Source: Chiloscyllium plagiosum
Lineage: Eukaryota
DNA length: 64,000 nt
NCBI RefSeq assembly: GCF_004010195.1
Contig: NC_057718.1
Location: forward strand, 51,417,941-51,481,940
Direction of reading: 5' to 3'
The notes below the pieces were generated by a model that worked only from the letters and a program-made list of their open reading frames with translations, had not been told where the DNA came from and made no database searches. The translations under genes were made by a program, and so were the position numbers. Shown one piece after another: positions 51,900 to 63,563 of this stretch (the stretch's first letter is position 1; each line of letters opens with the position of its first letter).

Positions 51900-52210
51900 C
51901 TGGCTTTTCAACTAGAATAGCAACAAACCTACTGTTGAATCGGCTATATCATTTGCAAGGACAAACTGTATTTCTGGAGCTGAGAGTTTGTCCCATATTC
52001 TTCTCTGGACACTCTAGCCTCACTTTACATAACTGAGCATTTTTTGTCTCACCATGAATTCCTGTTCCCAGTATCTTCTTTGGCAATAGTATCTCAGGAG
52101 TACATATCTCCTCATCCTTCAGCATTACAGACTGAGAAGATCCTGTGTCCCTTAATATTGCAACCTCCTTACCTATTATTCCTGGTCTATGTGAATAAAC
52201 TTTCTCCTTG
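51900..52210 (-). pseudogene. Aspartic protease remnant
   Basis: VAILRDTGSSQSV. Confidence 0.85.
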
Positions 52211-52369
52211 CATCTATATTTTTTGAGCAGACCTGGCAGTTCCTCCTTAATCAATCCCTGATCATCTTTACACTCTGAGGCAGTTGTTTAACTTCCCTTG
52301 TGCTTTTTGTTATTAGTCCGACAAAACTCCCAGGCTTGTCTGGTTTTCCTACATCAGGCTTTCTCCTAG

Positions 52370-53220
52370 CCCACCAACACTGTCAGTTTGTGTGGCCCAC
52401 TTTATTACAATGAAAACACCAGAGACTTTTAACTTCTTTGTCCCCCTCACTGGTTTCGTTTTTACCCTTTGGTAAGTTATCCTTATGATTATCACTGAGA
52501 TTTACCTTTCCCTTTCCACGTGAGGATTTCTCTTTGACCCAGTTTCTATCCCTCATGGACTGAAATTGATTTTGGAAGCCAAACCGAGTTTTATGGACCA
52601 GTTCGTAATCGTCAGCCACTTCAGCTGCTAACCTTGCTGTTTTAACTCTGCTCTCTGCACTTCAGGCAGTGAAGTTTTGAATTCCTCCAAAATAATTACC
52701 TCTCTAAGAGCATCATGGGTTTGCTTGATTTTTAAAGCTCTTATCCATCCAACAAAATTACTCTGTTTGATTCTTTCAAACTCAAGATAAGTTTGACCAG
52801 GGTCACTCCTGAGATTCCTGAAACATTTGAAGTTCAGACATTTTCTCTTTTTCTTTCTCTGCTCTCTTTTTTCTCTCTTTTCTGCTGCTCTCTGTTCTTC
52901 CCTCTGTTCTGTTTTTAATCAGAACTCAAACTGTCCAATTTCTGCTGTCCTTTCCCTATCTCTCACCTCTAACTCAAGCTGCTTCATTTGCTATTGAATT
53001 TTTGCCATCTCTACAGATTCTGATGGTTTCTCCAGCAAGTTTAAATGCTGAGCTACTGCTGTAATTATCTCTTCTTTCCTCACAGAAGCAGGCAGTTCCA
53101 ATTCCAGCTTCTCTGCTAATTCTTACCACTTGGTCTTATTCACTTTTTACATAACCTTCCAAAGTCACCACATCCACACCCAGAAAATGTTTGGTGAATG
53201 AAAGAGCCAATACTATTCCA
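52370..53220 (-). pseudogene. gag (SCAN-like capsid segment and CCHC knuckle remnant)
   Basis: KCFRNLRSDPGQTYLEFERIKQSNFVGWIRAL...LREVIILEEFK (52676-52828); ADDYELVHK; CFHCNKVGH. Confidence 0.8.
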
Positions 53221-53287
53221 AGCTTTGTCTACCCAACCACCAACACCCAAAATAAAGACACTAGAACCTACCACTCATTGTTTAAAA

Positions 53288-53306
53288 TCCCACAAAGAGC
53301 CCCTAA
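53288..53306 (-). promoter_or_regulatory. Degenerate primer binding site, tRNA-Pro-like
   Basis: Minus strand taggggctctttgtgggat just inside the 5' LTR resembles TGGGGGCTCGTCCGGGAT. Confidence 0.55.
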
Positions 53307-53308
53307 TC

Positions 53309-53949
53309 TGTTATGGACTAGTCCAGACCACTCAAAACATTCTTAAGCAAGCAGCACTAGACCTAACTTTGCAATTTGTTTCAGTAAGTGTACAGTGAAA
53401 ATTACCCGGAGTAAGATAGCTAGGTTGACTACTAGATTTTAGACCAGACAAAAACATTATTCACAAAATTACACAATGAAACACAAAGAACAGTAGAGAA
53501 TGCCTGCAGAACTCAACCTATCCAGCTAGACTTAATTATGCTGTTCCAAATCCACAGAACAGTTCCAATAAGCAACCTCCCTTTAAAACCCAATATAAAT
53601 GAAATACATGCTTACAGGTTAAGTTGAAGGGCAGAAAAGAGAAAGAATTTCCACACAGCTCCCTGTTGAACTTCCCAGTTCAAGACTGAACTAAAACTGC
53701 TCAGCTAGCTAGAGAGCTGACCACTCCCCTTTCATTATACAGGTCACTTCTAAAGCATGGCCATTTTGTCCTGCAATCTCATCTGTTTACATGTAAACAA
53801 AGGGCCTCTCAAAATCCTTTTCATCTCTGTACCAAATCAGACTGATCAGAGATGGGCCCGGTTTACTGCTCCTCTGAAAAAATTCAAGGACAGAGTCTCC
53901 TTGAGCCAAGGAACAACTTTTAGCAAAAAAAGGAATTAGCTTAGTGACA
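53309..53949 (-). repeat. 5' LTR (641 bp)
   Basis: Plus strand begins tgttatggac and ends gtgaca; direct repeat of 48824-49237. Confidence 0.92.
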
Positions 53950-55221
53950 ATACACTGACTCAGATTTCATACAATTCTGGGTCTTCTCTCTGATGTGGGA
54001 GGAAAGTAAATAAGGCTTTTAAATGGTATCATTAAAAGCTATCAGTTTTAAAATCACACTAAATTTACAGTTGAATAAAGGATTCTTGTTGGGCTTCTGT
54101 GACAAATGAAGCTTTGCTTCAGTACTTTTTAAGAAAATGAGGCAGAAACTTAATTGAAATAATGGTCTGTGATTTGTAACTTCCATCTTCAATAGTTCAT
54201 TGTCTCACTTATGACTGGATATATATCAAGGGATGACATCACATGATTTCTTATTTTCAACTCCCCTTCTCTCAGCCCTTGAATCCCAAGGCTTTTACAT
54301 GTGTCCAACTTTTGACTTTGATTAAGGGACTGAGAATTGGGAAGGTGAGCCAGGTAAGAATCAACATCACTTTTCCTTGCTACTGAGTTCTACTTCCCCC
54401 ACAACCCCTACATTATAAATCCCTGGTCATCATTCATCTAAGGTCTGCTATCCAGCAACAATCCAAGGCCTCAGTCCACTGGCTCCTCCCTCACTGCCCT
54501 AGCATTGCTGCTGTTTAGTGGAGCATTTGATTGGTTGGCAGCTCTTGATGGGAGAGACTTCTGTCTGCAGTTTCCTTGATCTCACGAAGACCCATCACTG
54601 TCCAGTTAAGAGGTACACTTAATGCAGAGAACCTTTTTAAGAGAGGTAACATGGGACTCTCGCCCACATTCCCGCACAAACTTAATTAGTCATGGGGGAA
54701 AGGCATTGCCTCCTTTTCTGTTGTTTATGACTGTTACACATGCTTATTCAAGCACTGGCATAGCTAGCTCAGTAAGCTTTCTCCTGGAGTGGGTTCAGAA
54801 TATATCATCACAAACAGGAGAGCTTGCTCATTACTGACTGCAAAACCAATCCACATTTCAACAAAGGTTCAGCTCTTAACATCTGAGTGCTAATTACCAG
54901 GGAGTCAATGGATGGTGAAAGTCTTGACATCAGCATTTACACTTTAGAAAGCCAATTTTGTACTTGACATAGAAACTGTAGTTTATCGTATGTTAGCTTT
55001 CATTGATTATGAATTTTATAAATATTTTTTATTCTCTAAATTACTCAAAATATTTTGAGACAAGGGCCTGGATTTTAAAGGGAAGCAGCTGTAGGATCAG
55101 ATGTGAGTATAAAGTCAAGTGACATTGAAAAGGTGGCTTACATTCTCAGCATTTTTCAACAGCAGAGAGGTGGTGGACAGCCCACCTTCTCTTAGACCAA
55201 CTGAAGCCCTTAAATCCCAGT

Positions 55222-56133
55222 CCCAGATAGCCTCCTTCTTCCAAAATTGTACCTTCCCTTCCCATGTGGTTGACGATGCCTTCCAACGCATCTCCTCCAC
55301 TTCATGCACCACCACCTTTGAATTCCACCCTTCCCAACGCAACAAGGACAGAACCCCCCCAGTCCTCATCTTCTACCCCACCAACCTCTGCATACATCAC
55401 ATCATCCTCCGCCACTTCCACCACCCCCAAATGGACCCCACCACCAAAGGTATATTTCCCTCTGCACTCCTGTCAGCGTTCCAGAGAGACTATTCCCTCC
55501 GCGACTCCCTCGTCAGGTCCACGCCCCCCAACAAGCCAACGCCCCACTCCTGGCACCTTTCCCTGCTACTGCAGGAAGTGCAAAACCTGCGCCCACACCA
55601 CTCCCCTCACCTCCGTACAAGGCCCCAAGGGATCCTTCCACATCCATCAGAAATTTACGTGTACCTCTACCAATGTCATCCACTGCATCCGTTGCACCCG
55701 AAGTGGTCTCCTCTACATTGGGGAGACAGGACATCTTCTTGCAGATCATTTCAGAGAAAATCTCTGGGACACCCGCAGCCACCAACCCTACCGCCCCGTG
55801 GCTGAACATTCAACTCCCCTTCCCACTCCGTCAAGGACATGCACATCCTGGGCCTCCTTACCTGACACCTAGAGGAGAAATGCCTCATATTCCACCTTGG
55901 GACCTTGCAACCACAGGGGATAAATGTGGATTTCAACAGCTTACTCATTTCCCCTCCCCCCACATTATCCCAGTCCCAAGCCTCCAATTCGGCACCACAC
56001 TCCGGACCTGTCTATCACTCTCCCCTCTGACCTATCACCCTCTACTTCACCTTCAGTGATCTATTGCTTTCTCAGCTACCTTCCCCCAAACTCGCCCCTC
56101 TCCTTTTTATCTCTCAGCCTCGGCCCACAAGAT
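55222..56133 (+). mobile_element. Penelope-like element fragment (RT end, Cys-rich linker, GIY-YIG endonuclease; Neptune-like)
   Basis: PGTFPCYCRKCKTC...FTCTSTNVIHCIRCTRSGLLYIGETG; TSD aatcccagt at 55213-55221 and 56134-56142. Confidence 0.92.
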
Positions 56134-59100
56134 AATCCCAGTGACCAAAGGATCAAGAAGCAACCTCCTGCTCCACCTCAATTAAGGTTAAATTAAGAAT
56201 TTTGAGTTTTTTGTTTCAATGATTTTAAAGTAATTCTCATTATTATTGCTTCGCTCCTTAGGATTGGGTGCGTATTATGTTAGTGGTAATGATGGTGGGG
56301 ATGGGGGTGGGGGCACATGGGTTGGCATAGCCAATCTGACTGACAAGAGCTGTATGGGGATGGGTGCGTGTTGAGGTTTCAGGGCTTTTATATAACGGTG
56401 GGAGCTGGTCTGATATGTTTGAGAACAGAGGGCGGGATTGCCAGCAGGCCCCTGAATGCAACGGTACTCCACCATCGTTTGCAAAAATGCACTGCAATCT
56501 AGGCAACTGCATGGAAACACAAAAATCCCAGAGAAATCATTGAATGCTTCGGATGTGCACTTGGAAGGCCTGAAGGTGTACAGGTCAGGTCTTCCGATCC
56601 CAATTGAAAATCTAGCCTTTTGTTTCTCATTGCCACTGAGTTCAGTATTTAAATGGTAATTTGTTTGTGCCAATTCCTCCTATCTTATATATTTCTGTTT
56701 TAATTTTGTCCTTTCACTCAATGCAGATGGGGTTTTTAGCCAGCAGACACTAAAATTGCCATGGGAGGAGGATAACAGTATATTGCAACCAAAAAAATCT
56801 GTACGCTGCAGGCCCTCATTTCAGGGAATGGATGCAAAAAATAATTGGCAATTGCGCTGCATATTCTAAAGAAATTTCCCCTCAAGGAGTTCATTTCCCA
56901 ATCCTTGAAACATCAGCGATATTGAAATATTCATTGGCTACCTTATTAAAAATAGCATTTTCTTACTAAATAAAAATACGATAAACATAACTAAGGTTAG
57001 CTTCAAATGCCTGAATGAATGAAGCACTTGCTGAGAGGTTTTCGAATGATTTTCAAATACCGAAAGGAAACCAGATCCAAGTCCAATTCAGAACAGAAGA
57101 CAATATTTCGTTTCTGTCTCCTGTCAACAAGTACAGTGAAACAAAGGCCTGATCATCGGACATCATTTTATTCTGGATGTGTGGTCATAATAAACTGGAG
57201 GTGGACTGAAGGTAAGTGTGGCTTGCACCTACATGTGACTGCAGAAATCACAATCAATATAAAATAAAATCCTGCAATTGTAATCCATCCAAAAGCTTTG
57301 TGGATTCCTATTGACACAATGTTGCTAACATTAAGAAATCTTTTGTTCTGTTGCTGATGGTTGCATTCAATTTCTGCCTTCACTTCTTGTAATGGTAATT
57401 GTGTACAACGGTCTTCAGGGTCATACAAGAGACAAAATTAATCTTCAATGTTAGAGGCAATGACAAATCAAATAGTCCATATCACCCACCAATATTAATG
57501 AGAGAGTCATCAAGCAAGGCTTAGAACAGAAAAAAAATTGACGCCAGCCCTTTTACAGTAATCCCAAAAACTGATTTAGCTCCTTAAAGATATGGCTTAT
57601 TTGGTGAACAATTATAAATGTGTACAATATGCGCACTGCATTGTTGTGTTTGTCATGATACACAATGGATTCTATAGTATTATGTGGGTTTTGTACTTAT
57701 CAAAAGGTAACAGTTTAGGTTCCACCTTTCAATGGAAAGTTTGCTTCAACTGGCAAGGACAACAACACACTATTGGCAGTTCATGTTTTCAGTGTTGCAT
57801 TTGTACTTTGAACAACATAAAAGTGCCAAAATCATTTAATTAAAGTCTGATTCCTATTTGTACATAATGGTTATAAACAATGAGAGTACAATAGAAGGTA
57901 GCATTCCTGTTTCTATTTATAATAATGTTCACATCAAACATTGTGGAGCGGAGGTAAACATAAAAATGAAATTAAGGACACAATCACATGAACAATGGTA
58001 TCGAATGGTGGTGCAGGTCTGAGGGGTCAAATCGACTATTCCTCTTTCATATGTTCTTATGAAAGCAATACTTCTAGCCACAGACACCCTAGCTCACCAG
58101 GTTATTGATGAAAAACAAGTTGTAACCAGTCACTTTTTTAGCTATCGACCAACTTAATGTGTCATATCTGGAATATTGAAAATGACAATGGGAATAGGTC
58201 AGTCATGGTCTTGGACGAAAACGTTCATCACTGACACTTACTCCATAGACTGAAAAATGCAATATGTAGGGTTGTCAACTCTTTTTTGGTGCATTCATGG
58301 AAGTTTCATCACATGATTTCTCACCCACCCACACATTCCTGCCATTGTTCTTTCCTTGCAGCAGAAGACTGTTTTCCATGTTAACTGAAGCATAAACTCG
58401 GTTCAAAATTAGTTCATTTTCCCTTCCATTTCCAATATTTGATAATTAACAAATGAAAATGCGAATTAAAACCAAAAATAAACATTTCTAATAAATTTAA
58501 TAAATGCTTTTTTGATACTCCTATAATTTTCTTACAAGTTTCTCAGGGATGTTAACAACTGGAGATATGGATATCACAGGCAAGGATACCATGGAATCCC
58601 TACAGAGTGGAAGCAGGCCATTCAGCCCATCAAGCCCACACTGGCTGTATTAGTTGGGATTCTTCTATCACTCAGACCTGTGTGCAGACTTTCTTTTTTG
58701 TATTAAGAAAATATAGTCACTCACACCATCAGTAGTATTCTGCCTGCTTCCCTAAAGCACTAACATATTCAGGGAACATTTATTGGTAGTAGCTTGTGGA
58801 TAAGTGAGTGGACAGAAATAGGTGAGTTAAAACTGCTGATACTCTCAGTGTCAGAAAAAATACCTCCAACTTCTACCTTATAACCACAATGTGGCAGGAT
58901 GCACATATGCAACCTTCAGGAGAGGCAGGCCATTAATTTCACTAAGCTAGATTTATCTGTCAGTGGTAAGGCAATGTAATTCATGATTTACCTCAAAGGA
59001 AAGCTGTCCACACCAATCTAGTGATTTTTGTAGCAGATTTCCACGTTCCCAATTGCATTTCATATCTGGCGCCAGGTCAATGGAATATCTTTTGCCTGCA

Positions 59101-59224
59101 GTAGCAGTAGCTTCAGCAAGCAGGGAGACAATTCATTAAACAGAAATATTCACACACAGTAATTCATTTACAACTTAAAAGTGCTTGGTTATTTTAATTG
59201 GTATTGTTAATTGGTTATTGGACA

Positions 59225-60425
59225 TCAGTCATCTCAGCTCCGGAACATCTCTGCAGGGGTTCCTCAGGGTAATGTCCTAGGCCCAACTATCTTCAACTGA
59301 TTCATCAATGACCTCCTCTTAATTAGAAGGTCAAAACTGGGGATGTTCACCAATCATTGTTGAATGTTCAGCAGCATTTATAACTCCTGAGATACTGAAA
59401 CAGAAAAAACTTCAAATGCAACAAGATTTGGACAACATCTAGGCTGATGCTGACAAGTGGCAAGTAAAATCTGCGCCACACAAATTCCAGGCTATGACCA
59501 TCTCCATTAAGAGACAATCTAACCACCACTCACGAACAGGAAATGACATCACCACAAACCCCAGGAACCTCATCCAGGAGAAAGATATAAATAGAAAGCA
59601 GGAGACAACAGCTTCGCTTCATTTGGAGGTCGCCACTGATGATGTTATCTAGCCAGGTAATGAAACATCTGGATATCAAACTTACAGCTCAGCGAGCAAA
59701 CCTACACCCTAAACCTCAACCTGAGCTACAAACCTTCACAAACCTTGCAACCACCATCCATTGATATCCAATAATGTTATCATCACTGTTATTCCCACTA
59801 TCAACTGCCTTGGTGTTACCATTGACCAGAAACTCAATTGGGCTCGCTACATAAACACAGCGGTTACACAAGCAGGTCAGAGGTTAGGAATTCTGCAGCA
59901 AGTAACTCAACTTCTGACATCCCAAAACTTTCTACATCTCCAAGGCACAAGTCAGGAGTGTGTTGGAATACTCCCCACTTGCCTGAATGTGTGCAGCTCC
60001 AACAACACCAAAGAAGCTTGATGGCATTCCAGGTCAAAGCAGCCCACTTTGTCACATCCACAAGCATCCACTCCATCCAAGACAGACAGTTGGTAGCAGA
60101 AATTCATCAAAGATCCTTAAAGAGCACCTTCCAAGCTCACATTCACTTCCATCCACAAAGACAAGGGCAGTGGATACATGGGAACAACACCATCTTAAGT
60201 TCCCCTCCAAGCCACTCACCATCCTGACTTGAAAATAAATCATAATTCCTTTACTGTCACAAGGTCGAAGTCTTGGAATTCCTTCCCTAAGGACATTGTG
60301 AGTCAATCTGTAGAATGTGCACCTGCAGCTGTTCAAGAAGGCGGCTCACCACCATCTTCCCAGGGGGAACTATGAATGGACAATAAGTGACACGTATATC
60401 CCATGAGTGAATAAAAGAAAAAAAT
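59225..60425 (+). mobile_element. 5'-truncated old LINE (RT to 3' tail)
   Basis: GVPQGNVLGPTIF at ~59256; LGVTIDQKLNW; tail cccatgagtgaataaaagaaaaaa. Confidence 0.85.
59529..59748 (+). mobile_element. Insert carrying a different hammerhead motif (59633-59672), probable PLE terminus
   Basis: cca-CTGATGA-t-gttatc-tagcca-ggtaat-GAAA-c-ATC-tgg; TSD aaccacca at 59521-59528 and 59749-59756. Confidence 0.72.
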
Positions 60426-61734
60426 CAAATAGTAAATGAATTGATTAGGCTTGTAATAAAGTTTAAGAGTAACTAGAGATAATTATCATTTTAGTTAGTA
60501 TTTCATGGAGAAATTTGACATTCCACAAATGTAAAATTAGCTTTTCGAGGTCAATGTCTGAGTTTGGGTGGGTGGATTATTCTGTTAACAGGTTAAACGT
60601 TTACACCTCATTCACCAAGATATAACGTTTTAAAGAGCCTTTCCAACAAGAGTAACAAAATATGTGTCAATTAAAATATTTCCCATCGATTGAGTCTGTA
60701 GAGATCTTTGGAGAAGCAGAGATTCACTGATACCAAATACCACAATTTTTGCATTATTTTGTGCATGCACGAACACCAGAAGGTGCTGAACTGAAACATC
60801 AATTTCATTGGAATTGTGACATTGAATGCTGACAGAATCACCTTTGTTCCCACTGAAAAATTCAGATCATTCTGTTAACAGCTCATTAAAATTGATATTA
60901 CATGCATTTTAGAATTTAGCACTGAGTGAATGGATTTCCTGGGATATCTGAGACTTGGCAGCAGAAGGAAGGCACGTATGCAGTGGCAATTAAGGGCACT
61001 GATGAAAGGACAGGCAGAAAGTTTTAAATGCATTGAAATTTTGCAGTTGCTTCCTTGATTGTGTGTAAGGGTTTTTCTCACAGTACTTGTTTTGAGTTCA
61101 CGACCTTACAGATTACCTTCACCATTTGTGTTTTTGATTTGTACTTCACAGCTGTGATCTATCAGATTAGCAAGAATGTCACTTAGGCCATATTAGCTTC
61201 AAACTCAGATGGTGACTGGCATGATTATGTTGTATCAACAGCACTAACACCACCAGCAGTACTAAGTGTAGAGACAGAAGTTTTCCTTTCCTTACAGGAC
61301 TGCAGCTTCCAGGAGAAGATACCTGCAACAAAGGGAATACAAGCAAAAGATTGATTCTTAGGGCACATCAGAATACTGATATCTCAGAGTTCAGCATCTT
61401 GGCAGTGGTAAGCATCTGTAACCTATGGAAAAAAATGATCCCAGTGGGCACACGTTACTAGTAGCTACCAAAGTCACCATCGCTCTAAATTTCTTTGCCA
61501 CTGTTACATTCCAGGGATCAAACAGATTTCATAGTTAGCTGCTCACAGATGATTGCACAAATAATTGGTAACATGGTTGCCAGGCAGCCAATTATGTACC
61601 ATTTACTGCCAATAATGACACTAGAAGACACTAGAGTTTACAGTTTGAGGCACAGTCTGGCAATAACTGCACTTCTCTTTCAAATAATGTATCTCCATTT
61701 GTCAAATGCACTAAAAAAGCTCCTTGGACTGTAC

Positions 61735-62710
61735 CATCCAAATACTTGACAACCACCATTAGAAAGACAAGGGGAGCATCTACATGGGAATATTGCCACC
61801 TCCTTCAAGTTCCTCTCCAACCTACTCATCATCCTGACTTAGAAATGTGTCACCATTCCTTCGGCGTTGCTGGATCAAAATCCTGACATTTTTCCCTGAC
61901 AGCAATGTGGATTTCCTTACAGCAAATGGACTGCAGCAGTTCAAAAAGGAAGCTGACCATCACATTCTTATTAGTCAAAGTGATGGCAGAGTAGAGGGCC
62001 TGAGCCCAGGGCTCATCCATTCCCATTGGCTTACTTTCTCTTTATATTATTTTCTTCTTTGTTACTTTTACTCTTTTCTTCATCTTCCTTTTTTTAAAGC
62101 CTGGAGAGTGACGAGAAAGGAGCAGACCTTTGGCGACAGCAACAGCGGCAATAATACCAGGACGGCCAGGACACAGCTCCACCCCAGCCTGGGGTCTCAT
62201 GGTGAGTGAGGAGCAGGTTTTCAAGCTGACTTCCCCAGTCCACACTGCTAGGCTGAGTCCAGGCTCTGGGTTCACAGCCAGGCCCAGGCACCTAAAGGAG
62301 CAGAAGTATCGATGTTAGCAGCATTTTGGCGGCAGTGTCTGGAGGAGTGTCGAATGGGGAATATGAGGTATGGAATCCGCGTATCCCCAGGCCCGTGGTT
62401 CAAGGTCTGATGCAGCGGTCACAGCAGTGGCGACAGTAGAGGCCCATTACAGAGATCCAGCAGTGGCTGGATGAGCAGCGGAGGAGGAGCAAGAAGAAGA
62501 GAGAAAGATGAACCCTATTGCAGTAAAATCTTGCATTGTATTCAGTATTTCAAGATGGCCCTAGAGCGTGGTGGCAACATTTTGCATATAACATGCAAAG
62601 AAACACTTTTAGTTGTATTTTTATCTACATATAACAACAATGTTTTCAACACCAACTAGGAATAGGTCCAGCCATCGATGCTGATGTCCCATGAATTAAT
62701 GAAAAAACAA
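61735..62710 (+). mobile_element. Old LINE 3' tail (61735-61970, resuming ~62650-62710) interrupted by an unclassified ~680-bp insert
   Basis: Tail motif gcagttcaaaaaggaagctgaccatcac breaks at ~61970 and resumes at actaggaat...cccatgaattaatgaaaaaa. Confidence 0.65.
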
Positions 62711-63563
62711 AAGCTGCAAGGGTTTCCACTCCATCAGTGTGCAGTTGTCATGCAAACATAAAAGAGATTTATGCGTGTGTGCGGATGATTACCAGGCAGT
62801 GGCACAATATTTTAATCTTGTGTCAAGCCCCCTGCCAGATCTCTTCACACCTCAAAGCAGCCTTAGAAGCTGACTGCTCAGAAATAGCTCCACCTCGGAT
62901 GTGGCTGATAACTTCAATGCAACCCTGGGCTGATCAAATGAAAGCCACATCTCATCAAAAGCAGCCACCACAATGAAGATGCTTTTCAGGTGCATTCTTT
63001 AACACACACTCGCAGTGGCCTCCAAAATTATCTTGATGTACTGCGTTCTGCACACGGTTGTACAGCAGTGAGATTTGGATAATCAGAAGATGCAAACCAT
63101 AAATTTCCTGAAAGGAGGAGAGAGGACCAGTGGGGGAATTTGATGCAGCTGTTGTAACATTAAAGGTGCTGTTCACTAACTAGATGCCCTCATAATTCTG
63201 AGATCAGTCACGCCACATGGAAGCTACCTGGTAAAGTCATTTTCACTCACTCTGCTTTCACCCAACATAAAGCAGTGCTGTAATCAATCAAGCATCCCTT
63301 TCATAGCCACCCATTAGTCTGCATTCAGTCTTGTCATATTGTACATCATCACCACAAAGGTTACTTGCTAGGCAGGAAAAAAAGATAGGCATGACATCAA
63401 CCTGACACAAAACATATATTTATGACAACATCTTAGAACAGCTGCAAGACTCCATTTCTTTTATTGTGAAGTGTCATTGAGATCACAAAATGCATTGATA
63501 TACATAATGAGAACAAATGGGATTATAATGAACCTAAATAAGCAGATTGTCTAACAGTTTATG

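Larger units (their letters stand above)
48824..53949 (-). mobile_element. Gmr1-type Ty3/Gypsy LTR retrotransposon (gag-PR-IN-RT-RH), decayed
   Basis: Two LTR copies, TG...CA termini, 4-bp TSD ATAC (48820-48823, 53950-53953), all pol domains recognisable on the minus strand. Confidence 0.93.

Noticed and set aside
48824..53949. Endogenous retrovirus or Ty1/copia element
   Set aside because: No env; RT and IN motifs are Gypsy-like, and only the domain order is copia-like.
58198..58235. Small hairpin with gtc-ttg-gac-gaaaacgtt, hammerhead-like or SECIS-like
   Set aside because: Lacks the CUGANGA box and the SECIS quartet spacing; compatible with chance.
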